A DNA stretch of 64,000 nt from Balanoglossus misakiensis (lineage: Eukaryota; Animalia; Hemichordata). A program made the translations under genes and the position numbers. Positions within the stretch are counted from its first letter, which is position 1; each line of letters opens with the position of its first letter. Below the pieces are notes generated by a model. It had not been told where the DNA came from. It ran no database searches and saw nothing but the letters and a program-made list of their open reading frames with translations. Positions 29,102 to 42,100 of this stretch are shown one piece after another. The stretch lies in contig CM082587.2 of the NCBI GenBank assembly GCA_040954595.2, positions 7,057,705 to 7,121,704 of the forward strand. The letters are read 5' to 3'.

Positions 29102-31468
29102 TTAGTGACAACATTGCTTATAGTGGGGTTTTGTGGTGCGTGGCCGGGTGGTAGCGGCAGTGCGATTACGAGATGACGCAGCCTGGGCTTGGATCTGGTA
29201 TGCTGTCGGGTGTATCTTGAACCCATACAATCTGCAAGACGGAAAAAACAACAGCAGAGAGGAAAACGGATTAAAGGAATGGAAAATCTCTCTCGCTCTC
29301 TTTTTGACGCTCTCTTGCTATGCCTATGGGGTGGCTACAAAGTTAGATTATATACAACATGCAGGGGGCCCCGGTCACTTGTTGTGTTGACCGCTGGTGC
29401 GTGGTAAAGCAGAGCGGTTGCGTGATGCTGCCTGGCATTGCAAATCGTAGGCCAAGGGATGAATCTTGAAACCATACAATCTGTATACATGGAAGATACA
29501 GAAGAAAAAAAAACAAGGCACAGATTGTGTTACACCTTGTTGTCCACTCACATGACTAATCTAAAGATGTCAATTATCATGAAAAAAAAATAAAAGATAA
29601 AAAAAGTAAAATATGAAGGAAAAAAAATGTAGGGACGGTGACCTTTTGGCAAGCATCTGCAACCTTTAACTGCACAGCACAGACGTTTATCCGCCAGCTT
29701 TTTTTTAAGCATTTCTCTGATGTTACAAGTTGCAATTCTATTCACTGCAATCAAAAACTACACCTAGTGAAATACACGCACAAGCTCCTGGTTTGATAAT
29801 ATGGCATGAACGGTGAAGTACGTGAATCAATAGCCGACGGTGCGACAATGCAATGAAGGAAGAAGAGAAACGGGTACCTTGGAACAAATTGATTGGGCGG
29901 ACGTTTAGGTCTGTTCTCCGGGTGCACCATGAACAGCATGTGAGGAAACCCGGTGCCGAAGTAGGCCCCATCAGTGTGGTGGTGACGCGACGACTTCGGG
30001 GTGTACACATCCTGACATTTGGGACAATACAGTTTGACCATGGCTTCACCAGGTACATCGGACAACCCTGCAAGGCAATCATAAGGTGGTCAAATGCAAT
30101 CAAGAACAATGGAGACAAGAAAAATGGAGAGCATTTTTAATAAAAATTATTTAGACAAATAAGAAGTCTCACGCAACAGTTTTAGAAAATAGCTTTCCGT
30201 GTCCAATACCATTATAAATGAATAGACATTCCATCAATAAAGACTTACCTATTGGTAAACAATGCTGATTTTCACAATATACCCGTGGACAGTGGCCAAA
30301 ATCACCTTGAAGGTACTTTTCAAGCTGTTTGGAAACAGACAAAAGTAACTGTAAGATTTATGATTTTGAATGACAATACGACCGCATCACTCATTCTAAG
30401 TAAGCCCTGTTATAGTTCACGAGTGTCACAAGTTCCAGAAACAGTTGACTACTGACGATTCTTCCACTCACCCCAAAAACATCCATATACCATGTGGGGC
30501 TGTGTGCAGAAGCCCAACACAACATCGACAACACAGCAAATGTTCACAAAAGTCAAGACACAGACACAGTAATGAATACTGGATCCTTACCATCAGAGCA
30601 ATGCCTCTGTTTGTCATGATAAACCTTGCATGGATCAATCCATATAGCATTTCAGCTGCCTGTTCTATGAGATCGCTCTGGTTGGGGTTTTCTTCAAGAT
30701 CGTCATCTGTTTAAGAAATTCAAATTTGATTTCAACACCATCATGACAAAGTAAAATCAGGATATAACTTAAATGCAAGTCTTCTGGACGTTAGAACTCT
30801 GGCCAGTGATAATGTATGATTGTCATTTACTACTAAGCTTTGCCTGTTGACCGTACATGTACATTTGTATTGACAGCCAGGAGTGCCAATAACAATTTTG
30901 AGAAGGACCTAGGCTTTACTTTCTTACAAAATGTCACACCTCTCACATGTTGGGGGTGGCCAAATCATGTATTGCACATGTACTTACCTGGTTCCAAGTC
31001 TAATATCATATCTAAAGCTTGTCTGTAATGTGGAACTTGCTCATTTAAACCTGTTAAATTAAATTTATCTTGAATATAATCTTCATCAACCTGGATGTGT
31101 CAATTAAAAAAAACAGCAACAAAGATCGATGTTAGTAAAAAAAAAGATAATTGCCTGAGGTGAAATGTAGATGAAACCTACATTTCTTATGAAACCAGGA
31201 TTGAGACCAAAATTAGATCTATGTACTTCTAGCTTCACTTTTAGATAGTACGGTAGTGGTATATAAGTAGCTATGATGGCATATTTTGAATATGATGGAA
31301 GGGACCTTGCCAACTGCTACAACTTCTCTTGTATCTGCAGTTTAGTGTTGCACTTGTAAACTAGGTGTTCATACTTAGGAAATAAAAGCAACAAACCTCA
31401 CAAAAAAATTCATTCCCCCTGAGCCCACAAAACCATGATATCCACGACACTTCTTCTGAACTACTCAT
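29102..31468 (-). CDS. CSNK2B: Casein kinase II subunit beta (isoform with distal last exon)
   Basis: Exons 31397-31468, 30988-31090, 30591-30706, 30249-30324, 29878-30067 and 29102-29231, all GT-AG. Translation [39 protein letters not shown]...CPRVYC...KLYCPKC...[12 protein letters not shown]...RLYGFKIHP is near-identical to metazoan CK2beta, including the zinc ribbon. Confidence 0.97.
29375..29480 (-). CDS. CSNK2B: CSNK2B alternative (proximal) last coding exon
   Basis: Has its own acAG acceptor and encodes (R)[34 protein letters not shown]. It is a paralogous copy of exon 29102-29231. Confidence 0.85.
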
Positions 31469-31675
31469 TTCCTAAAAAGATAACAAAATGTGTTAAATTC
31501 TATACTATGACACTGAGTGTTATTATTCATAGTTCATCTACCATGTTTGCATTGCAGTGCAGCACTCTGAACTAGCTCGGGCCGGTCAGCCCGTGCAAAG
31601 GGGAAACATACTCAAAACTCCCGTTCCGCAGGTAAAGAGGCTGAATATCTTACTATAAAATAAAAAGATACTTAC

Positions 31676-32340
31676 GTGATGTTGATGATATACTAATTTC
31701 TCAAATAAATAATGAAATGATCGGGTTTCGATACAATTTTCTCCCGAGAATGGCTGTACTACGCTGTCATCTCGACATTAATCTCTCAGTACGCATGCTC
31801 GAAATGTGAACGTATCTTCTAGTAAAACGCGCTACGATTGGTTTATATTTTCTGGCTAACATTTTAACTTATATTGCCAATCTCTTTTTCAGCAAGAAGG
31901 AAGGTATGCAGTTTCTGTAACGTTGAATTTTAGTGAGCAAATATACAAATTTATGGTCGCAAAGTTTTCATATTCCTTAATTTTATAATAACCATTCAAA
32001 TCTAAACCCACCCCATCGGTAGATACACCAATCAAAGTCAATGTAACATTGAGATTCAACGAACTAATTTCCTGGCACATTATTATCACAATGTGGCTTT
32101 TTATTTGCAAATGTACTTTATGGAGGAATATCGACGGTTCAAGAATGATCCGTGGAACATAGATTTTGAACGAAATACAAGTAAATATTGCTATGAGCTG
32201 TGCAATGCGGGAAAGTTTCACTTTTCCCGGTCCGTGGTCTCAGTCCGTCTTTCTTGTCGTCGAGGGCGCACCACGTTCCCATCATGCCTTGTTTCTGGCG
32301 CGTATTTTCATCGTGATGTCTTCCGGGTTTGTGTAGAGGG
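31676..32340. promoter_or_regulatory. Bidirectional promoter and 5'UTR exons of CSNK2B (-) and POLE3 (+)
   Basis: Non-coding exon donors at 31671-31675 (minus, GTAAG) and 32340 (plus, GTAAGC). CCAAT/ATTGG boxes near 31837, 31877 and 32028. E2F-like GCGGGAAA near 32207. ZNF143/Staf-like TTCCCATCATGCCTTG at 32276-32291. Confidence 0.6.
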
Positions 32341-32753
32341 TAAGCATGGTTCTGTTGTTTACATCTTGCGAGCGACATAATCTTACTAGTCTATGAAAAT
32401 CAGTCCATATTTGCAATAAAGGGTGGTACTGAATACATGCCCTACAAACGGGACAGCTTTATTGTTAAAAAGAGGAAGTGTACATGCCTGTGTTTACCTC
32501 CCAGCTCTAGTACCTACAATCAATCATTGCACTGATCTTCATGTGATGACTGATGTTGTCATTTTGGTTGTTGGTACGAAAAAACCCGGCCAACTCCCAA
32601 TACCTCTGCGTCTGATGCTCAGAGCTTCATTGCAATCTCTCTATTTACAATAGCAGTTCTTTTGAGGAAGAAATGTTATGAATTTTAAAAGTTTCTCTAT
32701 TTTACATCAGGTAGATTTTATTTATACACTGGCAGTGATTGACAAGTCTAGAG

Positions 32754-34028
32754 ATGGCAGAGCGACCTGAAGATTTAAATTTACCCAACTCAGTGGTTGC
32801 AAGAATTGTCAAAGAAGCTGTAAGTATACAGTCAATGAACGGAATTCTAAATGTCATATTTATCCTGATACATGATTTCAGCGATTGTTTTGCAATTTTG
32901 ATGAATATCCTGCCTTGGTAATGACATACTTTCAGTTCAGACTTTTTTGTTGAAATCTTACAATACAGTACAACTCAGTCTATAATGCAAGATCTGTTTT
33001 TTTCTGTCAGATACCAGATGGCGTGAATGTATCGAAAGAAGCCCGCAGTGCCATATCCAGAGCGGCCAGTGTCTTCGTGCTCTATGCTACAGCATGGTAT
33101 CCTTGGTTTAATACCAGTGCATTCAACGAATAGGGTCAAATCACAGGTTTAGGGGTAAAACAATTAAATGCTCCACATAGTAAGAATTCAAATAATAGTT
33201 TGAACAATTTTCTAGTGACATGATAAAAAAAAATTCCGCTATTTTGGTACCAAAATAGCAGAATTTTTGGGGGTAGATTGTCCATAGGTGTAGGTAAAAC
33301 CAGGGTATGTGGTAAAACTGATAGAAATATTCCATGTCACAAGATGCAAATTTCCAGTCCTATGTCCATCCTACATGTAAGACCCAGTGTTGTGCTTTCC
33401 TTGTAATAGTAGCTGTTTAAGACTTGCAGTTTCCTTAATTCCGTTGTCAGTGCCAATAACTTTGCTTTGAAAGGAAAACGGAAAACACTAACAGGAGCCG
33501 ATGTCTTGTCCGCACTGGAAGAGATGGAATTTGAACATTTTGTAGATCCACTCAGAGATAGTCTTGAAGGTTTGTATGCCATTTTGTTTTGTTAAGAGTT
33601 TAACCATCACTTGGGCATATTTTTAATCATTTCACAGTCTTTCTATTAATTCTTAATGCATTTCAACTGAACATTGTAAGTTGGAGTGCAGTATTGGAAA
33701 CATCAGTCACACACAAAAAAAAACATCCAGTATGCATCTTTTTATGTGTGTCACTATCACTAGCCAACGTACAACATTTTGTGGATGTCAATAACTTTGT
33801 CATGTGACCCCTGCAGCGTTTAAGAGAGAGCAGAAAGGAAAGAAGGAGGCGACGGAGAAGAAGAAGAAAATCAAGGCAGATGCAGAGAAATCACAAGCCG
33901 AGAACGACGAGGACAAGATGGAACAGGAGAGCGACGACGAAAATGAGGATGCGGATGAAAGTAAAGATGATGATGATGAAGAGGAGGAGGGCGATAGCGA
34001 TGTTATTGAAATCAAAGATGATGACTAA
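32754..34028 (+). CDS. POLE3: DNA polymerase epsilon subunit 3 / CHRAC17 (histone fold)
   Basis: Exons 32754-32819, 33011-33096, 33451-33569 and 33817-34028 (483 nt, 160 aa): [64 protein letters not shown]...MEF plus an acidic tail. AATAAA at 34234-34239. Confidence 0.96.
33097..33450 (+). other. U12-type (minor spliceosome) GT-AG intron in POLE3
   Basis: 5' site GTATCCTT and branch point TTTCCTTAAT (33430-33439) about 10 nt before the AG, with no real polypyrimidine tract. Confidence 0.85.
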
Positions 34029-37000
34029 CCCAGCAGAGTGATAGCTTCCACAGCATTCTCACATTTACACAGCCAGCATGGTGCATTCAAAAGACATTGG
34101 TTGGAGTTCAGAAAAATGTATAGTATTTCTTGGACAATTACTGTGATGACCATTTTGTCATCTAAAACTTCAGACTGTGTTCGTCAGTTTCTTCCATTGC
34201 AGTACATGTGAAAATCCACCTGCAGAAATGTTCAATAAAAGTTTTTTTTTTATAATTCTGTCAGTCTCATGTTAGTTAATTCACTTGTAGGGGACATACA
34301 TGTAAATTATGGAATGTACAGTAGAACATATGTGATTGCGTACCAATCAATCGGTATCAAGCAAGCTTTGTGGAACAGTTTCGCAAGGGTGCTTTTGATT
34401 GGTCACTTCACTCCTCAAACAGGTGTACAAAAACCTATGACAAAAGGCATTCCAACTTCAAGGCACTGCATATTGCCAATATGACACTACCCCCCCCCCC
34501 CTCAATGATCTATGATGTCATTTGGAAGGTTTCTTACAAGCCAGCTTTCGAAGAATACTTGCACGAAATAACACGTTCAGTACATACAAGGCCCAACAGA
34601 TGACACAAAGACAAGACACTTCATTTAGATTTCACTTTAATAATATCAGCATTTTTAGCATCTCATCTGAGTTGCTTCAGTTCATTTCTATGGAGATAAT
34701 CACAAATCTGCAAATCACAATAAATTTGTTCTGGAAAAATTTAGCCATAACCGTAAATTCCGTTTCTGGCTACAACGAAGAAAAAAATTAAGTTTTCTGA
34801 CCAAAATTAAATACAAAGATTATACTGGTTGACTGCTTGCTCTGTGCTTTGAACACAGCCAAAAATTGCACAATTCTAGAACTCAATAAATACAGGAAAT
34901 TGAAAATTCTACAGCGGAAATATTTATGATTGAAATGAAAATGGAAGTGCTGATTGGGATGAAACCCACTGTTTTCTCTATTGACATGAAAGTAATCTCG
35001 ATGTGCAATGGCGCTTTAACCGTAAGCCTACCATCCCTAATTCCCTCTGGAGTGGCCCGATTCTACAATTGAACTCAATGGATTTGGACCAAACCATGAT
35101 GGGGAAAAGGTCGAAAGTGGTACTTCTTAGTGTCTTTCATGTACACACACTGGTTTTAAATCGTACACATAGTATGTACTTATTAAGTAACATGAAAGTC
35201 CTGGTTGAAATTCTGGAAATAAAACTTGTGCTATATTGTTGGTTACATGACAGTGCCTATTGTTTTTTTTTAACTTTAAGCAGTATCTCTCACTAATTCA
35301 AATACTGGCAGTGGGAATTGAGCTGAACATGAATATATCTTCCAAATAAGTAAACAAGTTGTGTCTACTATTAAAATATTTCCAAACATTTGTTTCTTTA
35401 CCGACGGCAACAACTTTGACAAATCAAAGGAAGTATATATGTTTGTTATTATAACTCAAGGAAAGAATATTGTCGATTATTTTACAGAAAAAAAATTTGT
35501 TTTAACACAAACATGAAAACTGTTATGGAATTGACATGACATTTTCTTGGTAAAGCAGAACCCTTTTGTTCATATGTGAAGTTTAACTTCAAGGTGAAGG
35601 ATGGTTCTTCCCTTATTAAACCTAACCCTTCCCCTACCGATGCCTATTCTGATAGGTGGGGGAGTAGCAGGACGGAAAATGCCCAGGGGGAAAACATAGT
35701 GACACTGGTCTAGATATATTACTGTACAGAACTGGATTTTTTTTTCACAGGAAGGTAGATTGACTGCATTGATAGTCTGGTAAATGCGGCTATGGAACAC
35801 ATTCAGGTTAGGATTCGGAAATCTGTGTAAACTTGTATGCAGGCACTATACGGCTAAAAGTAGGCCACAGCTCGCGATATTCAGTAGAATTCAGAATGAA
35901 TCTGATTCTGAAGTAAATGTCAGAACAACTTATACCAGCCTTGGAAAATTTACAAGCACACATGAAGACAGATATGATTTCTTCACACATCTGACTTGAA
36001 CTACTAGTATTCGACATAACTACCCTGTCGGTATTTAAAAATTACACAAGTATTTCTGAACAGAAAGCATGATAAATGATAGGATAGTACATTATATTTT
36101 GTCACATATCAATAAACTTAGCCACACATGGTGTGATGGAACACACTACACACAGTGCATAAACCAACTGGAAATGAAAAACTTAATCATTTCCTTATAA
36201 ATATTTACTCAGAACTGCCAAGAAAAAAACTATTTCGCTTGGTAGCTTTAGATAAACTCCTAATCTACATGATTACAAAGCATGCAAAAATCAGAATACA
36301 TATACAAATATATTGCATTTAAGTCACAGTTTTGACATATTTTGGCTCATTTTTTGTTCTTTACATTGTTCTCCATAAAAACTTTTCTCATGGAGAATGC
36401 CGTCAAGTGATGAGTCTCTACATCGAGGGAGTAACTCTCCAAAAAATGTGAGTCTTCTGATCAAAGCCACATAAAGTCACTGCTGAGACATAGAAGCGAC
36501 TTCCAGGTATTTACTTCACTTGCCCGACATATTTATGAAGAAGGGTCCTCTCACATATCTGAGTTTTCATGTCTCTCGATTTATCAACATTTTTTGGTAT
36601 TAATATTCACATCATCACAATTCACGTTAAAAGTCCAGCCATACATCATATTGATGGTTCATATATTTTCTGCACTATGATTCTTAATTATGAAAGCAAA
36701 CACGTCCCCATAGTGCCAAAGTTCTCACAAAAATATAATCTGTTTTGAGTTGCAACTTCAAAAACGTCACTTCCTACATCCAATGAATCTTGTTCTTTTA
36801 CACACAATAACATTTAAGGGCATATTATACAGGCACAGGAATTTCAATTCTATATGATACAATATTTCCACAGCAACTTCTATAAATTGAGACGAAGAAA
36901 ATGATGAAGAAATCACAGTTCTGTTCTTTCATCATTTTGGAAAAATGTAATTGATTACAAGACCCAGCTTTCGCTCATCTTTAAAATCTGTCAAATCAAG

Positions 37001-37587
37001 CCAGCTGACTTCACAAATCTTCAAAATAGACGGCATAGAAAGTTGATAACTTACACAGCCTGGGTAACAACACATGGCAATGGCAATATTCTAAAGTTTT
37101 TTTGATAGTTAAAACATTTTTCCTTATTCATTTCAAGATGGAATGAGTACTGCTGGTAGACTATGTAAATGTCAGTTTGCAAAAGTTGTGTCAACATCAT
37201 CCATTACTCTCAGTGGAGGAAAACTTGCAAAAAAAAAAGAAGAAAAAACTGACAGAATTTACCAGTTCAACCACCCAACCAGTTTTCTTGTGTATGGATG
37301 CACCAACATCTGACACAAAACATTAGCAGACAGTAATCCAATTTTGAGACTGAAATGAAATTTCATTTACAACCAGGAAAAAGAGCAAATGAAGGAGTTG
37401 TCTATGCACTCCAATTCAACATAAATCTTGTGTCTGCACATTGCAATAACAATAAGATAAAGAAGAAGAAAGAACGTTTCAGTAATGCCCAAGAAAACAA
37501 AGTCAAATCCAGCTCTTTGTTCTACATCGCTCACTTGGATATATCTACACTGTTGCCTTTTTTACACCAGAATATATGAACAGTTTA

Positions 37588-38387
37588 GGCTGCATTCACA
37601 AACACCTCTGGAGGGGGGGGGGGGGAGAATTCAATTTTTTTTACCGTTAATTTTCACATGCCCCCCCTCGACAACCCGAAATATTTTCAAATCCCCCCCT
37701 TCCGAGCTGCCAAAATTTTGAAATCCCCCCCCTATTTTCTTTCATAGAGCAAAACACATCACCTATCTATCCTGTAAAAAAGAAAAACAGCGCTCCAATG
37801 AAAAGAATTTGAAACTGATGTTTCCCCCTCATCAGCGGGTATTAAAACTGAACATTGTTTGTAATTTTTTAAGTATTTTGCATTTGTGTTGGGAGACATT
37901 GTAAACCGAGAATTGAAGGGGTGGGTTTGGGAGGGGGTGTCCCTCTCCCACGTAAGAAAATTTTATAAAAAACAGAGCTCAAAGCTGCATTTTAATGAAC
38001 CCGGCAAAAGCAAATTAACTCAACTACCGGTATGTTGGGGATGACAAATTTAACCGTCACCGCTCAAAGTTATCATGGGGTGGGAGCAAGTCCCCTGACC
38101 TGGGACACTAGATAAACCAGTCAGTGATTGAATGGTGTTGATGAATGGAGGGGGTGGGTGTGGGAGGGGGTGTCCCCCTCCCACATTAGAAAATTTTGTA
38201 AAATAAAGGGCGCGAAACTGCATTTTTGTGGACTCAAAATAAATATTTAGTCGTCAAAGTTTTCAAGTCCCCCCCCTTTCAGTCCCTAAATTATTTCAAA
38301 TCCCCCCCCTTACATACCCTCAATTTTTTCAAATCCCCCCCCTCAATTCTCCTGCCCCCCCCTCCAGAGGTGTTTGTGAATGCAGCC
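37588..38387. mobile_element. PIF/Harbinger-like MITE, 800 bp
   Basis: TIR GGCTGCATTCACAAACACCTCTGGAGGGGGGG at both ends, TTA TSD at 37585-37587 and 38388-38390, internal AAATCCCCCCC subrepeats. Confidence 0.85.
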
Positions 38388-38948
38388 TTAGCAGTGAAAG
38401 ACACTAGGGTAAGCATGTTTATAACTGATACAATGAAGGGTATATGACATTCTCTGCACTTGGTGGTCCAAAACCATCTTGGACCTGAAATGTTTTCTAG
38501 TTCATGAGTGACACATTCAGGGCCTGCAATGAGGTAATACAATAGTAACTAACATACTGTAGATGTTGGAAAAGAGAGTATTACATGATCAAAATATCTT
38601 GAAAACTCAGAAAACAAAATCACACTACTGCAGTGGGTCATGCTTCATGTGTACTGAGACTACACAATCATAACATGAACTTCCTTTCTACATAATACAC
38701 AAGACATCTTGGACTTTAGCCCCGCTTGTGAGATTCAGAAAAAAAAAGTGTAAATCACAGGAAAAAATAAATCTGCCAACTAGATGTCAGAATCACACAT
38801 CTTGTAAATGTAATTCACTACTCTGTGGTGAGTATGATTGATACGGACTAGGTCAGTTAGAGTCATATCCACAACAGATGTGGAGTTGGTGAATGCAAGG
38901 CCCACCATCGGACATGTAGTGGTACCCACACCACAGTCTGATCCAGTC

Positions 38949-39058
38949 CAATCTGATTAAAATCAGATGTAGGGAACGGCGACTTGGTTTTTTTAGTGTG
39001 AGGCGACAACATAAAAAAACCAAGTCGCCGTTCCCTACATCTGATTTTAATCAGATTG
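38949..39058. mobile_element. 110-bp hairpin MITE with 9-bp TSD (Mutator/foldback-like) in the EVI5 3'UTR
   Basis: Perfect 47-bp arms at 38949-38995 and 39012-39058, 16-nt loop, TSD GATCCAGTC at 38940-38948 and 39059-39067. Confidence 0.9.
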
Positions 39059-39131
39059 GATCCAGTCCTTCCACCACATCTACACTCCACACGCACGTCA
39101 GTCGTCCGACGTCAACCCATCCTTGGGCGTC

Positions 39132-42100
39132 TCACTCCACAGGCACGGAGTCCCCGGACGCCGTGCCGTTATCGTTGACCTCGGCGTCGCCCATGATGTC
39201 GTGCAGCCCAGCGTACAGCCTGTGACTGTCGCCGCTCGACTCCAACTGCAACACGTCGATGCCCGCCACGTCGCTCAGGTCGTCATCGTCGTCTTCATCC
39301 TCGTCTTCGTAGGCTGCCATGGTAACAACATCGTTCAGTACATGGACGGGAGAACCGGTACCTTTCCCTTTCACTTTGGCTTTGATTCGAAGCTGCATCA
39401 CCTGTTTGGGGGAGGGGGGGGGGGGAAGAGAGTACATTTTGAGTAATGGGGTAATACAATTTATCCAGACGATGATATTGTGCCTCTATTAAAATATCTG
39501 TTCCCAAAGAATTACTGCATTCAGTGTTTCATTGCATTTCATTTCATTTGCCACTGCACTATCCTGACATATACCCATTGGATACAGTGTCAATCCAAGG
39601 CCTACTTTGATTTCTTAGGAAGACCATTCACATACAACTCCTTACCTCTGCTTGTAGCTCTGCTATTCTGTACTGCAGACATTGGATGGTTTGTTCAGAC
39701 TCCGAGTTGCTCAGTTGACCCTTGGTCAGCATTTCCTCCTTCTGAAATCAACGTGTGCACGTAAAATTTCTTTAAAAACCAAGTACAAACAATGACAACA
39801 ACAGAAATAATTATTGCCCTTCTCATGAAATATTCATTTCTATACTTATAAAACAATGCATGACTGAATTTTGATCTTTATAAACCGATTTCTATTGAAA
39901 TTGTTTGTGAGTTGTTGAAACAACATAAAATAGTAACTGATAAAGTTGCTGTGTCTTTTTTCATCACGTTCCCTGAATACTCTTCTGTGGAGGTCAAAGG
40001 TCAAATTGAATGTTGATGATGATTAGAGTCAAGATGGGTGAATTGATGCAAAACACTGTGCTTTATTATACTTAATATAGTACGTCATGCTAGTGCTGTT
40101 GTTTTTAATACTGTGGTGAATCGAAATCCCTGAACAGAATGGGAAATGTAGCCAGCTCCTGACCTGTATTTCTATTTCGGCTTTGACCTGATGCAGTTCA
40201 ATCAAGTTAACGCTGGTCTCCGCCTCCCGCAACCTAGCCGTGACTAGATCTTCTTGGCACTGTTTGCGTGAAATGAAATCATGACATTGATGGATAAGGC
40301 CGGGTGAAATGAAAACTGCGTGAGATAGATCATTGTACCCTACAGGAGTATGGAACTTTGGTTTGGCCCTGTAGTTTTTTAAGCTGTAAGAATGGACGTT
40401 TTCATTTGTACATAGGGGTGATAGCATGTCTAACTTTATAGAAGTAGAGCTACATGTACAACCATTACTGTTTCAGGACAGGATTTCATTTACATGATTA
40501 AATGCATGATGTTAATAGCCTATTAGAGTTTCAAGAAAACAATGAAACTGCTGTCTAAGTGTTGGAAAATGGAAAAAAGGTGCACATTGTAGCCAGATAC
40601 AGGCCATCATGTGTATAAATATATATATGTGTTATACAGCTTAAAAATGTGACAAAGTTTATGCCAATTTCCTGATTATAAAAAAACATGCCGATGTTAG
40701 TTTTAAACACATTCAACTCTAGCGGCAAGCACATCTATTTTCAAAGATATCTCCAGTACAACAGACAGGGAGTATATTTCTGCTGCCCATGATGCATCTG
40801 GTACCCACACAAATCTTCAAAATGATATCTTTTTTTGATGTCATTGAAGAATTTAACTGTGGGATATGCTCTGACCTTAGCTTCCAAGTTGGCCAGTCTC
40901 TTGTTGGCTTCATTCATCTTGCGTTGTAGGTCTTGTTCTCTGGCTACGGCAGCTTCTAAGTCTGCTTTCAGGTGAATTCTCTCCTCTTCACTCCGTCTCA
41001 GTTGATTACTACTCACCTGCGTCTGGGCAAATACGCGTCATACATTGTCAATTTAGTGAACTTTCACTTGATTACAAATCTTTTATGAAAAGTCAGACCA
41101 AGTCAGGTGGCACATACAGGGTATTGTAGGGCTCTTCTATGTGAGTCACACACCCCTCCACCCCCATCCCCGACTGGCTCTTCTATGGGAGTCACCCCAC
41201 CCCCCTCCACCCCCATCCCCGACTGGCTCTTCTATGGGAGTCACCCCACCCCACCCCATCCCCGACCGGCTCTTCTATGGGAGTCACCCCACCCCCCTCC
41301 CCGACTGGCTCTTCTATGTGAGTCACCCCCCCCCCCCTCCACACCCATGACTGTGGAATAGACAGATTGCACACATTGCTAGGCCAACTCACCAATGTTT
41401 CCAACTGCATGACTCTCTGCTTAGTTTCCTTCAGTGCAGCGTAAGACTCCGCCTCTCTCAGTTTCAGTGTCATCAACTCGTCTTGTAAAGCGCGCGACTC
41501 GACATTGTTTTTCTTGTGGCCTTCATTCCTTCTGGATATCGTCCGCTGTAAATGTCTCTGCACGGAGAAATCCATACAAACATTTCAACTCTCTCAAACT
41601 GAAATGTCTGACTTTTGTTTTCATTTGGGAACAAATACAGTAAACCTTGTCTAATCTGGACACCTGACTATACCGAAAAACATTTTCCAGTCCCTTTTCC
41701 ATAGAACCATATGTTATCATATCAAACATTTCTTGCATCGTTCACATTTACTGTGCACGAGTAGAGCATAATACTGACACAGAGGGCGCACTCTACCAGC
41801 TCAATCCCTACACTCCAAGAAATAGTCTGTGAGATTATTTGTAGCGAGATTCTTCCAAGAACTTGAGACAATCGACAAAGCAATGCTTACATGCCAGTGT
41901 TCCTCAAGTTCGGAGACTTTTTGCCTGAGTTCTTTAAGTGCAAGGTTTGCTTCAGCTTCTCTGAGTTTGGTGGCTATCAATTCTTCCTGCAGTGAAGCCA
42001 CATTGTTTGAGGGTTCCTCCACGATCTCTTTGTTTTTCTGAAATTTAAAAAAAAACAGAAACAAAAAAATTACTTCTCTGCATGTAATGTCCAAAACACT

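Noticed and set aside
29751-29877. CK2beta ORF extension [10 protein letters not shown]...
   Set aside because: Read-through past the AG|GTACCC donor into intron; similarity to CK2beta stops at the donor.
32543-32615. Possible C/D snoRNA in the POLE3 5'UTR intron (GTGATGA ... CTGA, ~73 nt)
   Set aside because: Terminal stem is only about 2 bp and no rRNA-complementary guide was recognised; needs snoscan or Rfam.
41130-41345. CRISPR-like repeat-spacer appearance
   Set aside because: Spacers are low-complexity C-runs, the context is a eukaryotic intron and there are no cas genes; it is a minisatellite.
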